A model generated the notes under the pieces. That model ran no database searches. It was not told the origin of the DNA and saw only the letters and a list, made by a program, of their open reading frames with translations. This document shows positions 1 through 11,591 of a stretch of DNA of 64,000 nt, piece by piece. The position numbers and the translations under genes are program-made. The stretch is from Albugo candida (taxonomy: Eukaryota): contig JBDOQK010000008.1 of the NCBI GenBank assembly GCA_040437565.1, positions 124,001 through 188,000 on the forward strand. The letters are read 5' to 3'. Numbering within the stretch: position 1 is the first letter of the stretch; every line of letters begins with the position of its first letter.

Positions 1-434
1 AGGTCGATGGAGTTATATATTCTCAGACTATGGCTATGGTCCGCTATGCTTCGATCCTTTCGGGAATCTACCCAACTGATGCGTTGCAAGTTTTGAAGGC
101 TGAATCGGTAATCGGATGCTACGACGAGCTTGCAGGACCAATTGTGGAAATCATGCATCTTATTAAAGATGAAGGCATTAAAGCAGCAAAGACGAAAGAT
201 TTAGTGGAGAAGCAATGCCCCAAGATTATCGGGTATATCCAAAATATGGTGAGTGGCAAGTTCTTCTTGGGTGATAAGATTTCGATCGCAGATGTGGCGA
301 TTTTCAGTATGATTGATGACTATTTGGCTGCAATCAAAGAATTTGACGTTTCCAAATATCCAAAGATACAAAGTATCGTCGAAAATGTCAAAGCTGAACC
401 GAACGTTGCCGAATATCTTAGTAAAAGAGGTTGA
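1..434 (+). CDS. Glutathione S-transferase (3' part; 5' end lies upstream of the window)
   Basis: Frame reads VDGVIYSQTMAMVRY (SQxxAIxRY end of the GST N-domain), then a GST C-domain with FFLGDKISIADVAIF and YPKIQSIVENVKAEPNVAEYL. Confidence 0.9.
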   Translation, partial: VDGVIYSQTMAMVRYASILSGIYPTDALQVLKAESVIGCYDELAGPIVEIMHLIKDEGIKAAKTKDLVEKQCPKIIGYIQNMVSGKFFLGDKISIADVAIFSMIDDYLAAIKEFDVSKYPKIQSIVENVKAEPNVAEYLSKRG

Positions 435-687
435 TTGTAGTGTGAGGGAAGCATACCTCGATAACGTTCAGAGTTGAGTTCTTGACACAGATAAGAGAAT
501 AACGTAAACACATCCTTTTTCTGTTCCGATTGGGTGCATACAACCGTGGTTATCACGTGAAGCAATGTGTCATACAACATTTTACCACACTAAGCTTATC
601 TACTAGTCGGGGTGAAGGCTGCAGTATAAAAAACAGGAGGCTCTCACTGTTCATGTTTATTATGTGAGCTGTTGCACATACGTCTTG

Positions 688-3600
688 CTACCGGTAGAAA
701 ATCTGAGCCATTTGTGACGTGTTCAACATACTCGTCAAAGTGGACGTAACCGGACTCAAAGAGGCGCCACCCTCGTGTCGTTGACAGGTTCCGTTTCCTC
801 TTTTCTGTTGAGTGCCCAAAACTGATTTACAAGAGTATTGTTTCGGTAAGAGTGAAAAACGAGATACTGGTTCTGCGATGTGCACCACAGGCCGAAGATC
901 TTGTGTCTCAGTTACGATTGGTTTCCCCTCTATAGCACCACATGTCATCAAAATAAATTGCGTCTGAATTAGAAGCCTCCTACCAGTTTCACTATTATTG
1001 TTTCCATTTGAAAGTGAGTACAATAACATCCGACATGTGCGGTACCGACAAACCACATTTTCAATTAGCTGCGGGCCCAACAATTCCCAATCCACAGGAT
1101 CCACGAACGTTTGCATACGCGCTACTAGTCGCCTCAACTGAAATAGCTCGGAGGCGCAATTATCTTCCTTTACGTCATCGCACCATCCAAATCGGGTGAA
1201 GTCCGAGTGCCCCAAAGATGCCCGAATAAAATACATATCAAATAAAAGCTGCAAGACGCAACTTTCACCGAAATTCAAAGAGGAATGATGTTTTCGCGCA
1301 TCTTCTAGCTTGGAAATAGCTTCTTCATATACTTTGGCAATCGTAATCGTCACTTGTTCTGCGAAAACAGCATGAAGCGTGTTATTCATTACATCAGTAT
1401 GAACAGAAAGCCGGTCTGAATCGACAATTCGTTGGGCTTGATCCAGTGCAGAGCAACATTTGAACAAGAAACTGGAGACATGCGGTGTCTCGGCCCATGG
1501 AAGCCATACTTTCTCATCAAATGCATTAGTCTTCTCATCATCGGTATGCTTTTCATCAAACGAGCGCTCTTGATCTGATTCTGAGTCCACTTCCGTGTGG
1601 ATTGTGTGTTCTATCCATCCGTCATGAGTCTTTATCCACTCCTGATTTACACATAATGAGAGATTCGTACGGACGAGTGGCGCTAGACTTACAACCTCAT
1701 TTGAAAGACCATACAACTCGCTTTGCAGTCGATCAACCAGCCCATTTATATGTGTATTGATGAAAGTCGTCGCCCATCGTTCGCAGTACCGCCGACCAAA
1801 CTGCTGAAAAATAGTTGCAACAGTTCTGATTCTATATGCTTTTTCCGAGTGCATGGCGACGAGCAGCTGGAACGAATCCCTCGCAATTGCACCGTCATGT
1901 CCAATTTCACCCAGGTTGTGCCAACAGTTTTCCGTATCTATTCGCAAGTCCTGTTGGGCGACAGGTGAGAGGAATCAGTCGCAAAATTCAGATATGATGG
2001 ACAGTACCTTGAACGCATGAACCATGTCCTCCTTTCGCAGCATTTTATCACGAGCGTATGAATCGAAGACCGCTTGGTAGTTCTCAAGAACTTTTTCATT
2101 TCCAGTAATCATGTTTTGATCGTCACGTTCTTCGTAAAAGTCATGGAGTGTCAAGCCATCGCTTAAATAACAGCAATTATAGCCAAGTAGCAGGAAAAGT
2201 AACGCATTGTTTTGCGAAGTCGGATCTTGAGCATTGGAGACTGTATTTTCTACGTGGATTGTGAATTGCAACAAAGCAAGACATACTTCTTTCCTCAAAA
2301 GTTGAGTGAAGTTGAGAGGTGAAAAACATCGCAACTTATCGCGAGTGTTTTCGAGAAGAGTTGTAAACTTGAAAGCTACTTCTGCCGATTGTGAGCCAAG
2401 TGAATTGCTCTCCAGTGAGATGATTGTTGTCGTTATAGTTTTGATCGTATCTTTGAAAGATGAACGAACAATTTTCTGTACTTGAGACGTGAGCAATTCT
2501 ACAAACAAGGACTTGAAAAAATCTTCTGGAGAAGTGAACGAAAATACTCCATTCGTTTCCGCCGCTCGATCAAGCCTCAAGTCGCTTTGATCGGTCCAAT
2601 ATTGCTGAAGAATGACTAATGTGTCTTCCATAAATTCCAACAGCGTTTCTAAAGAAAAATGTTCCTTAATAGAATGTGAAGCCATGCTTTTTATCTAAAA
2701 AAAACCCATCAGATTCAGCCAATATTGAGAAATGCTTACTTTGGACCTTGAAGGTAGCCGAATCGACCCATTCAGCGACAGCCTTATGAAGCTCCTTAGA
2801 AGCTTTCAGAGAAGTCATCTCCTGCTTCAATTCTGGACGGTACACAAAAGCTTGACTGAGAATCCTATTGCCAAACCATATCTCTTGAACGTAAGTAGTT
2901 GTTTGCAACAAAAGCCGCAAAGCTTCATTCAGCTTGTTCGATGAATCAAAGTTTTGTGTCTCGAGAAACAATGCAAGCAGGCTTTTCATATTCATATTGG
3001 GGTCCAATGAAATGATTGCAGCAAGCAGGTTTTCATAAAATACTGCTTTCCTTCGTTTACACTTGAGGAACCTATGGGCATAACTGACAATTCTCTAGCA
3101 CAAATTCTGATCATCAGATAGAAGTGAACACCTCATCATCTCACCTCACGAAATAGCGAGATGCAAGACCACTGCCTTCCCAAAAATGAAAATTGGGCTT
3201 GTTGAGCCTGTACTTGTTCCGAGTGAAACAGCTTCTCAGCTTTAAAGAAAACTTTTGCGGCCTCGAAAGTGTCTGCTGCATCCAAATATTGCCACATCTT
3301 TTCCGGAGCTTGTGCGAGGTACCAAACGCCTTCCTCTTCTTCATCGTTATTGTCGCTCTGCTTGCAATCCTCATTGCCTCCTTCCAGGTCGCTGGGAGTT
3401 AGAAGAATTTTGAGCAAAGCTGCCTGCATCTTTTTCCACTCTAAAGGCAGTTGATGTAGAGATTCTGCAAGACGAAGAGATATGGAGTGCATCTGAATAA
3501 TTTTATCCGCAGATTCGATCAGGTCCTGATACCGGACGCCGATGATAGCGTGCATCTCCTTAACTTTTTTTTCCTTTTCTTTTCTACCGGTAGAATAGTA

Positions 3601-3726
3601 AGTCGATTGAATAAGCCGAAAGGATCAATCTTCATACATTTTGTCTTGGAGAAGATCCTGTGCGTCTGCGATAGACAAACGGCGCAAGAAATGCGCTTCC
3701 TCAATCTCGCCAGTACCTGCTGCCAT
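688..3726 (-). CDS. COG1: Conserved oligomeric Golgi complex subunit 1 (COG1/Vps51-type N-terminus), multi-exon
   Basis: Spliced N-terminus MAAGTGEIEEAHFLRRLSIADAQDLLQDK..KEKKVKEMHAIIGVRYQDLIESADKIIQM matches the COG1 KKxELRxxVGxRYRDLIxxAD motif; C-terminal QLLFD and VDPVDW motifs. ORFs 3136-3555, 2666-3007, 1975-2685 and 688-1947 are successive exons. The 3' end is uncertain. Confidence 0.8.
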
Positions 3727-3779
3727 GTTGTCAATTAACCGTTATATACCAGTGTACCGTGATCGAAAGTATTGCATCC

Positions 3780-4705
3780 ATGCTGCTCAGTCAAGGAGCC
3801 GAAGCTGTGAGTTATCATCGTCTTCACTTTTCGTACAGCGCTCATGTACTTCCGCTAAACAGAAATTATACAGGTCGACGTTCGGAGGGCGTGATTGCGT
3901 CATCAAAGAGCGTATTGCGAAACCGTACCGCCTGGCAGTCCTAGATCGAAAACTTAGTCATAGACGGTTGATTCAGGTGTGCATGTATTTGTAGCGCGAA
4001 TTCAATTCTTTATGGTTTAATCGATGTAGGAAGTTCGTTGTTTAATGAAGTGCAAGCAGAACGGGGTAGCCACGCCCTCCATTTACCTTGTAGACGAGAA
4101 CAATGGACGGATATATTTTGAATTTGTATCGGGAAGTACACTCAAAGAATTCCTCTGCAATGAACATGCGAAAGGTTCACTTGACAATGCTTTTGATGAT
4201 AGAGATAGAGTACTTTGATCGGACGTAGGTGGCTGCTATCCGTCTGAAGCGCTGGAAATCGCATACAAGACTGGAGCCATCATTGCCAAAATGCATGAAG
4301 CAAATATTGTGCATGGAGATCTCACTACATCCAATGTCTTGCAGCGGTGTCCGGGAAAGACAGACGTGGTGCGTCCCACTCATGACAGCGTTTTTTCCCT
4401 CTCATTGACTTGGTTCTGAGCAACAGGTTTTGATAGATTTTGGCCTCGCATCTTCGAATCCTCTGCCTGAGGACAAAGCGGTTGATCTTTATGTAATGGA
4501 ACGAGCATTTCATAGTACTCATATCGAGTGTGATGCATTGGTACATATAGTGACGTTATTGGTTCAGGCCGTCTGACGCTTCGCTTATTATTAGATGGAA
4601 GAAGTGCTCCGGGCTTACCGAAAGCATTACTCGGGTGCCGATGCGGTATTTGCAAAGCTGACGCAAGTCCGTCTCCGTGGTAGAAAGCGTACAATGCTTG
4701 GGTGA
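3780..4705 (+). CDS. BUD32: KEOPS complex kinase Bud32/TP53RK, about 6 exons
   Basis: Spliced: [28 protein letters not shown]..|[13 protein letters not shown]..|[11 protein letters not shown]..|[25 protein letters not shown]|..[12 protein letters not shown]. All hallmark Bud32 motifs, GT-AG introns. Confidence 0.95.
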
Positions 4706-4942
4706 TAATCTTAAAAGGTTGTACATACACTCGAGGCGTATCGAGCTTGCAAAACGGTATACATGGTGCAGAGCTTCATTCTGATTATACGGACGAATTC
4801 ATTGTTCCCGCTAATATTTTGCGAAAACTTTTCACATTGTCTACTCAACATAATAATTGTGTGACAAAAGTCGGCCCTGATATTGTATAGCCTCTTCATT
4901 TTTTATCAAAGTATGAAAAGACAAAGGGAGACTGATTTGAAG

Positions 4943-5941
4943 TCATAATTTAGCTCGAATGATTTCTTCGAGTTTCACAATGTCAGCACTGAATCCTCGA
5001 ATTCCTTCCGCGAGTTTTTCGGTCGCCATTGCATCGTCGTTGAGTGCTCGGCGGAACTCCTTTTCATTGTATGATACTTTCTCCCCGCAATAGCTTTCAG
5101 CAGCAGAGTTTGCATCAAGGACACGAGGTACTTCGGAAACGGTCTTAGAAAGCTCCTCCAGGAACGCCGGTGATATTGTCAGGCGATCACAACCTGCAAG
5201 CGCGAGAATTTCACCAGTGTTGCGAAAGCTGGCGCCCATGACAATTGTATCATACCCATATTTTTTGTAGTATTGGAAGATTTTGGTGACCGATACAACA
5301 CCTGGGTCTTCGTGAAATGCGTATTCACTCCTTCCAGTTTTGGCTTTGTGCCAGTCTAGAATTCTACCGACAAATGGGGAAATAAGCGTAGCACCAGCTT
5401 CAGCACAAGCAACTGCTTGTGAGAATCCAAAAAGAAGGGTCATGTTACAATTAATACCCTCTTTTTGTAATTCTTTGCAAGCTTGGATACCCTCCCATGT
5501 ACTCGCAATTTTGATAAGAATTCGTTCTTTTCCGATGCCTGCATCATCGTATAGTTTGATAATTCGGCGTGCTCGTTCGATCGTTCCCTCTTTGTCGAAA
5601 CTCAGCCGGGCGTCAACTTCAGTTGATACGTAGCCAGGAACAATCTTCAGAATCTCGATCCCGAAATTAACCGACATTTTATCAAGCACATGCGCCAAAA
5701 CTTCCTGAGAAGATGTTCCTTCAGCAAGCCCTTTTCCGTAAGCGACGGCGTCATCGACCAAATGTTTATACTGCTCCATAGAGGCCGCTTTGTACAGCAA
5801 AGAAGGATTGGTTGTTGCATCCTGAGGTGTATATTTGGCAATCGAGCCAATATCACCGGTATCTGCCACTACCGTGGTGTACTCTTTCAAGACATCCAAT
5901 TGTGACGTTTGCTTACACTTTTTGGATGGTGTGTTGGTCAT
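4943..5941 (-). CDS. TAL1: Transaldolase (single exon, 332 aa)
   Basis: [39 protein letters not shown] (Schiff-base Lys), [21 protein letters not shown] motifs. Confidence 0.98.
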   Translation of the reverse strand: MTNTPSKKCKQTSQLDVLKEYTTVVADTGDIGSIAKYTPQDATTNPSLLYKAASMEQYKHLVDDAVAYGKGLAEGTSSQEVLAHVLDKMSVNFGIEILKIVPGYVSTEVDARLSFDKEGTIERARRIIKLYDDAGIGKERILIKIASTWEGIQACKELQKEGINCNMTLLFGFSQAVACAEAGATLISPFVGRILDWHKAKTGRSEYAFHEDPGVVSVTKIFQYYKKYGYDTIVMGASFRNTGEILALAGCDRLTISPAFLEELSKTVSEVPRVLDANSAAESYCGEKVSYNEKEFRRALNDDAMATEKLAEGIRGFSADIVKLEEIIRAKL

Positions 5942-6530
5942 TCTGAGTGTCTACTTGTCGGTCTTTTGGTAAATTGAAAAGTGAGCAACTTGACATCTTA
6001 AAAACTGGAAAGTTTATTTAAAAGATGAAAGCCAATTTCAGACCACGAGTTACCCAAACTTTTGGGGCAAAGACATCACATTTAGGTAGGTTTAGGGACC
6101 AAACCTGGATACGTGTTTGAAAATGAGTTAATGGGAAGAGGTACAGTGTAAAGTATGCAGTTTCGACTGACTTCTGGTANNNNNNNNNNNNNNNNNNNNN
6201 NNNNNNNNNNNNNNNNNNNNNNNNNNNNNNNNNNNNNNNNNNNNNNNNNNNNNNNNNNNNNNNNNNNNNNNNNNNNNNNGTGTGTTGGTCATTCTGAGTG
6301 TCTACTTGTCGGTCTTTTGGTAAATTGAAAAGTGAGCAACTTGACATCTTAAAAACTGGAAAGTTTATTTAAAAGATGAAAGCCAATTTCAGACCACGAG
6401 TTACCCAAACTTTTGGGGCAAAGACATCACATTTAGGTAGGTTTAGGGACCAAACCTGGATACGTGTTTGAAAATGAGTTAATGGGAAGAGGTACAGTGT
6501 AAAGTATGCAGTTTCGACTGACTTCTGGTA
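5929..6530. repeat. Gap-flanking direct duplication 5929-6179 = 6280-6530 (assembly overlap)
   Basis: Identical 251-bp sequence on both sides of the 100-N gap 6180-6279. Confidence 0.9.
5971..5986 (-). promoter_or_regulatory. Oomycete INR+FPR core promoter element upstream of transaldolase
   Basis: Minus strand reads GCTCACTTTTCAATTT about 30 nt upstream of the ATG, matching the oomycete GCYCATTYYNCAWTTT consensus. Confidence 0.75.
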
Positions 6531-6988
6531 CCACGACATACTGTTGAGTGTAGCAAGCCGAAATAAATGACCTAACAAATATTCATAGCAACCAAGATTG
6601 TGCAATACATCCAGTTATGCAGAATCTAGTTTCCTTTGTCGAATAAATCTTTATTATTACACGACGAGTAGTCGTGGTTGCGACCTATCTCTCTTATTAG
6701 CTGTGTCATTTTCACGTATTGACTATTGCATTACATCTCAGCCTTTCATTTCCATACAACATTCAACCCGCTGACACAGCACATATCAGGGGGCTTTACT
6801 ATAATTTTTGCAGTTGTGCGTTCCCCTTACCTCACTGAGCTTCTATAGTCTACGTATGGATCACGCCTTGCGCACTCCTGTAATGTCAAATTTAATCGGC
6901 GATGCTACTTACATATTGAATTGCGCATTAAAACCAACACAGAATCAGAATCTGAGCTTATTTGCGCTATTGGCTGCAATACTCCGAA

Positions 6989-8264
6989 ATGGGATCGAGT
7001 TCTGACGAAAGTACTCAAGTCGTAGAAGAGGAACTAAGTGTCGCGGATGACCAAAGTGTGGACGATAAAGAGAGCCTAGAAAGCGAAGAAAAAAATGGAG
7101 CTGTAGATGATGATGATAAAGAAGAAGGAAAAGAAGAAAACGAGATAAATAGCGGAGAAAACATCACACCAATCTTAGCGATAGAAAAGCCAGTGTCAAA
7201 AGATCAAGAGTCCGATTTCGACTCCGATTCGGACTCCGATTCCACTGTCTCATCCGTCACTCCAGTCGCTACCACAGCATCTAATGATGATGTTGAAGAA
7301 GTAATCGCTCATATTTTATCCTTCGTTTCCTCAAGTGAGGCTAAAGCCTTAAGAGATGGAACTCAAGCATCCGGTCCACCGATCCAGTATCCAGTAGAGT
7401 ACCAAGATCAATTCAAGAGGTTTGGCTTTCAATACCAATTTCATTCAAGACTGATCTCAACTTGTTTTTAAGGAAATTCCGGTGGCCCCTCCACATACGA
7501 AATGTTCGCAATCAAAAGTATGCACTCTCGAATATCTTGGTTGTATGTATGTGGTTACAATCCGCAAGATATTGTTAGCTTTCATCAGGATCCTCTGGAG
7601 ATATTCTCGGACTATGAGCTGATCGCGGATAATGACGCTAGTTTTAATGTGGCTGGAAGGGATTTGAAGATTGTAGCACGCCCGTTGATCGAATGTATCG
7701 CGAGAAATGCATCAGAGTTATCAAGGAAGCGGAAGCGACAGAATAAGGACGAGCCGCAGATCACGATGGAGCCCTCGAAGTTATATGAAATGTCAAAATC
7801 TCTCTTTGAATTCAGTGATCGGCTCCTAGAGACAATGCTCAAGCAAAATGCAACGGCTTTGCAAGGCCGTGATAGTATCTACTCACAGAAGTGCTGGTAC
7901 GATGACCGTTGCTGCGCCTGTCAAAGTAACATTCGTGCTCGACAGGTCTCGTCTTCCAGCGTCCAAAAGACCTGTTGCCAACTGGCGCTTCGTTTTCGAG
8001 CAGCTATGCAGTCCAACTTTTCGATCACAATTGCATCTCGACCATCAACCAATGTTCGATCAAGAGTAAGCTTTGTTCATGCTCTTCTTGAACACACTTT
8101 TAATCATTTGATGTAAATCTCGTCACTGCAGAGCGCTTTGTCGTATTCGAGATCGTATTAGGACACTGTATGGTTTACCATGGATGAAGCAAGATGAGGT
8201 CGACTTCTTTCATTTGCCAGAGAAACGACAAGAAGAATTAAACACAGCATCTAAAAAACGGTGA
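6989..8264 (+). CDS. Uncharacterised protein with acidic N-terminus, about 5 exons; possible Rrn9-like
   Basis: MGSSSDESTQVVEEE acidic tract, then GT-AG splicing gives RKFRWPLH..VDPLEIF..RKRKRQ (NLS-like)..FSDRLLETML..KCWSRLPASKRPVANWRFVFEQL..PMFDQEALCRIRDRIRTLYGLPW..SKKR*. Confidence 0.6.
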
Positions 8265-8293
8265 TTAAAGCAGCTATGTCAAAAGTACAAATG

Positions 8294-9958
8294 CTATGTT
8301 TTCAATGGTTTCTTCTTCTTTCCCCTCTTATATTTATCAAAGTACGCTTGGACCCTTTGGTTATAATTTTTATCGCGCTTTTGTTGATTTGCTGTCTTGA
8401 CAACAACTTGCAATACATCTTCGTCTTCCAGCAAATGGTCTTTGCCAACTCGCTGCGGATTGTATTTGGTACTAGTTCCCCAAACGAGAGCGTAATTGAA
8501 GTTATCAAGCATATCCCTGGAGACCTACGTCGTTGCATAAACGATGATTTTAGTTGAGGCTAAGGAAATAGAAATTGTACGCACTGAAAGACAAGCGGCA
8601 CTAATGGAGGTTCCTCTCCTCTCACAAGAAAGCACAACAGGCTCCTTGAATTCCGGTGCCTAAACATTGGAAAGTATCAGTGACGAATGATGGAAGCATT
8701 CAAAGCCTCACTTCTCCTCTTCGTTTTGTGTATACTCGAGTCAGCCCCATGTAGTTCCACATTTTGGCTAGCAATGTATCGAAATTGAGCTGATCATATG
8801 ACACGCGTTAACGGATGCATCAGCGTAAACAAACAAAAAGTACCGCAGGACGGTCTCCATGAGCACACGCAATCACGGTCGAGTTTGGTTTTCGAGCTAA
8901 TCGATCGACGTCTTCGATCGAAATGACATCGATTTTGTTATACACGTACAGACACTTCACGTATTTTCGATTGCCTTCAATGACATCAATCAGATCATCG
9001 GTGGTTGCATCCTCACGGAACAGAACTTCGCAATTGTGAAGCTTGTATTCGTGTAAAATCTTGTACACTGTTTTGTATGGATCATCGCCGAGCTACATCC
9101 ATACAATTCAGTGTAATTTAAAGCAATGACGTCGGATTGTCACACCTTTGTGAGTCTTAAAGTGCTATTGAACGTGACGCCACCTCCGCTTTTTTTTCGA
9201 AAGTATATATCGGGCGGTCTTCGATTGAGTCGTAATCCAACAGTTTCCAACTCATTTTCCAAGATTTCACGGTGACGATTGCCAGCTTCTTGTCCCGCAT
9301 CCAAGACCATCAGAATCATATCTGCCGATTTTGCAACTGCTATCACTTCACGCCCCCGTCCTTTACCATGAGCAGCTCCTTCAATAATCCCCGGAAGATC
9401 CAGCAACTGGCACCATTTTATAAACTTCCTTCACCAAATATAATCGCAGCAGAGTATACCTGAATTCGGACGTCATTGTATATTAAGTTGCCCGGGATAC
9501 AAGTGAGCGTTGTAAATTCGACAGCGCTTGTCTCAGATTCTGTTTCTGTGAGTTGGCTTCAGTTTTATAGTATCAGTAGCATAAAGTATGCAGAATCATA
9601 CTCCAGAAGACCTCAATAAAGTAGATTTGCCGACACTTGGAAAGCCAATTAATGCCACGCGACCATCGCCACTTTTCGCCACATCAAAACCTACACAGAT
9701 CTTCAAGAACTTTTCCGATTGAGTAACAAGATAAGTGGGTACCTTCACCGCCACCACCGCTGGACTTCTCGCCTTCTAATAATTCCGTTCGTAGTTTCGC
9801 GAGCTTTGCTTTCAATGAGCCAAGATGACCCTCTGTTGCCTTATTTTTCTGCGTCCTTTTCATCTCATCCTCTGTAGTTTTTCACTTGTTAGTTCGAAAT
9901 GATTTTTTTACTAAAGTGCAGACATACCGATCTCTTTGATTCGATCTACGATCCCCAT
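8294..9958 (-). CDS. DRG2: Developmentally regulated GTP-binding protein (DRG2-type OBG-family GTPase), multi-exon
   Basis: [47 protein letters not shown] (G1), [19 protein letters not shown] (G3), NKID (G4), TGS-domain [25 protein letters not shown]. Confidence 0.95.
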
Positions 9959-10062
9959 TTTGATTCCCAGTCAATCAATTCAAAGTACCGTGATCAGCGC
10001 ATTTTTTCCGAATTTTTGATCACGATGAATTACATGCACGAATTCTGAAACTATCCAACAGT

Positions 10063-11455
10063 ATGAGCGACAACCGCAGTTTTTTCGTCTCACTCACGGC
10101 ATGTCCTCGTTCTGTAGTGTGCTACTATTTATTCTCAGTTTTATTTTTATTTAGAGCGGTGCGATTGCTGGAACTTCAGTTGATATAACTTTGTTTCCAT
10201 TGGATACGGTAAAAACTCGCTTACAATCATCTCAAGGATTCTGGAAAGCGGGTGGTTTTCGTGGAATATACTCTGGTCTTTCTGCTGCTGCAGCCGGATC
10301 AGCTCCAAGCGGTATTTCCTCACGCTGTTTGTGTCGATCTACTCAGCTTATTGTCAGCATTTAGGCGCACTATTCTTTAGCACCTACGAGACTATGAAGC
10401 GATTGCTGAGCAGCTCATCTCTATCTGGAAAAGAGTCCCATACAACACATATGGCAGCAGCAGCGATTGGAGAAATGGTTAGTGTTGTAAATAGTAGAAT
10501 CAAACGTTGACCGCGAGATTTATGATTACGATAGGCTGCTTGTTCAATTCGTGTACCAACTGAGATTGTGAAGCAGCGACTTCAAACGGGGAGTTATGCA
10601 TCTTTTCAACACGCACTTTTTCAAATACGAACGAGAGAAGGTCTGCGTGGATTCTATTGTGGATATTGGGGAACCGTTGCACGAGGGATTCCATTCTCCT
10701 TTATTCAGTTTCCATTATGGGAAGAGCTTAAGGTACAGAAACGTATCTTGATGCTTGCCTTCTGCCTTTCTCAGTAATCGCTTTGTCCAGAACCGATGGT
10801 CCAGTCACCAGGACAAGCGTGTGAGCTCGGTACAAGGAGCACTTTGTGGTTCCATTGCTGGTGGAGTAGCTGCTTNNNNNNNNNNNNNNNNNNNNNNNNN
10901 NNNNNNNNNNNNNNNNNNNNNNNNNNNNNNNNNNNNNNNNNNNNNNNNNNNNNNNNNNNNNNNNNNNNNNNNNNNTTCAAATACGAACGAGAGAAGGTCT
11001 GCGTGGATTCTATTGTGGATATTGGGGAACCGTTGCACGAGAGATTCCATTCTCCTTTATTCAGTTTCCATTATGGGAAGAGCTTAAGGTACAGAAACGT
11101 ATCTTGATGCTTGCCTTCTGCCTTTCTCAGTAATCGCTTTGTCCAGAACCGATGGTCCAGTCACCAGGACAAGCGTGTGAGCTCGGTACAAGGAGCACTT
11201 TGTGGTTCCATTGCTGGTGGAGTAGCTGCTTCTGTAACTACACCACTTGACGTGGTGAAAACCCGTCTAATGCTGCGGAAGGATCCGAAAGGGCTTACTT
11301 ACAATGGAGCAATCGATACTGCTGTACGCATTTATCGACATGAAGGTCCTGGGCGTCTTTTTGCAGGTGTTGGACCCCGTACATTATGGATAAGTATTGG
11401 TGGATTTGTCTTCTTTGGGATGTACGAGATGGCCAGTGAAGCTCTTTCCTGTTAA
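10063..11455 (+). CDS. Mitochondrial S-adenosylmethionine carrier (SLC25A26/SAM5-like), interrupted by a gap duplication
   Basis: Three carrier signatures [23 protein letters not shown] and [42 protein letters not shown] and [18 protein letters not shown] are SAMC-typical. Confidence 0.9.
10620..11231. repeat. Gap-flanking duplication 10620-10875 = 10976-11231 (one mismatch, G10686 vs A11042)
   Basis: Direct repeat around the 100-N gap 10876-10975. Confidence 0.9.
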
Positions 11456-11591
11456 GTCAAAAGAGTAATAGAGTCATATAACATAGAAATTACTTTCAGT
11501 GTACGCAGCACGTCTGTACTCCATATGTTGATCTAACTGTAATTCATAACATCTGGTGATTGGTCTACTATTCGTGCAAAGTCGCGCAATA

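Noticed and set aside
7210-7245. Short GATTCCGAC/GACTCCGAT tandem repeat
   Set aside because: Simply encodes an SDSDSD low-complexity tract; not a CRISPR or satellite array.
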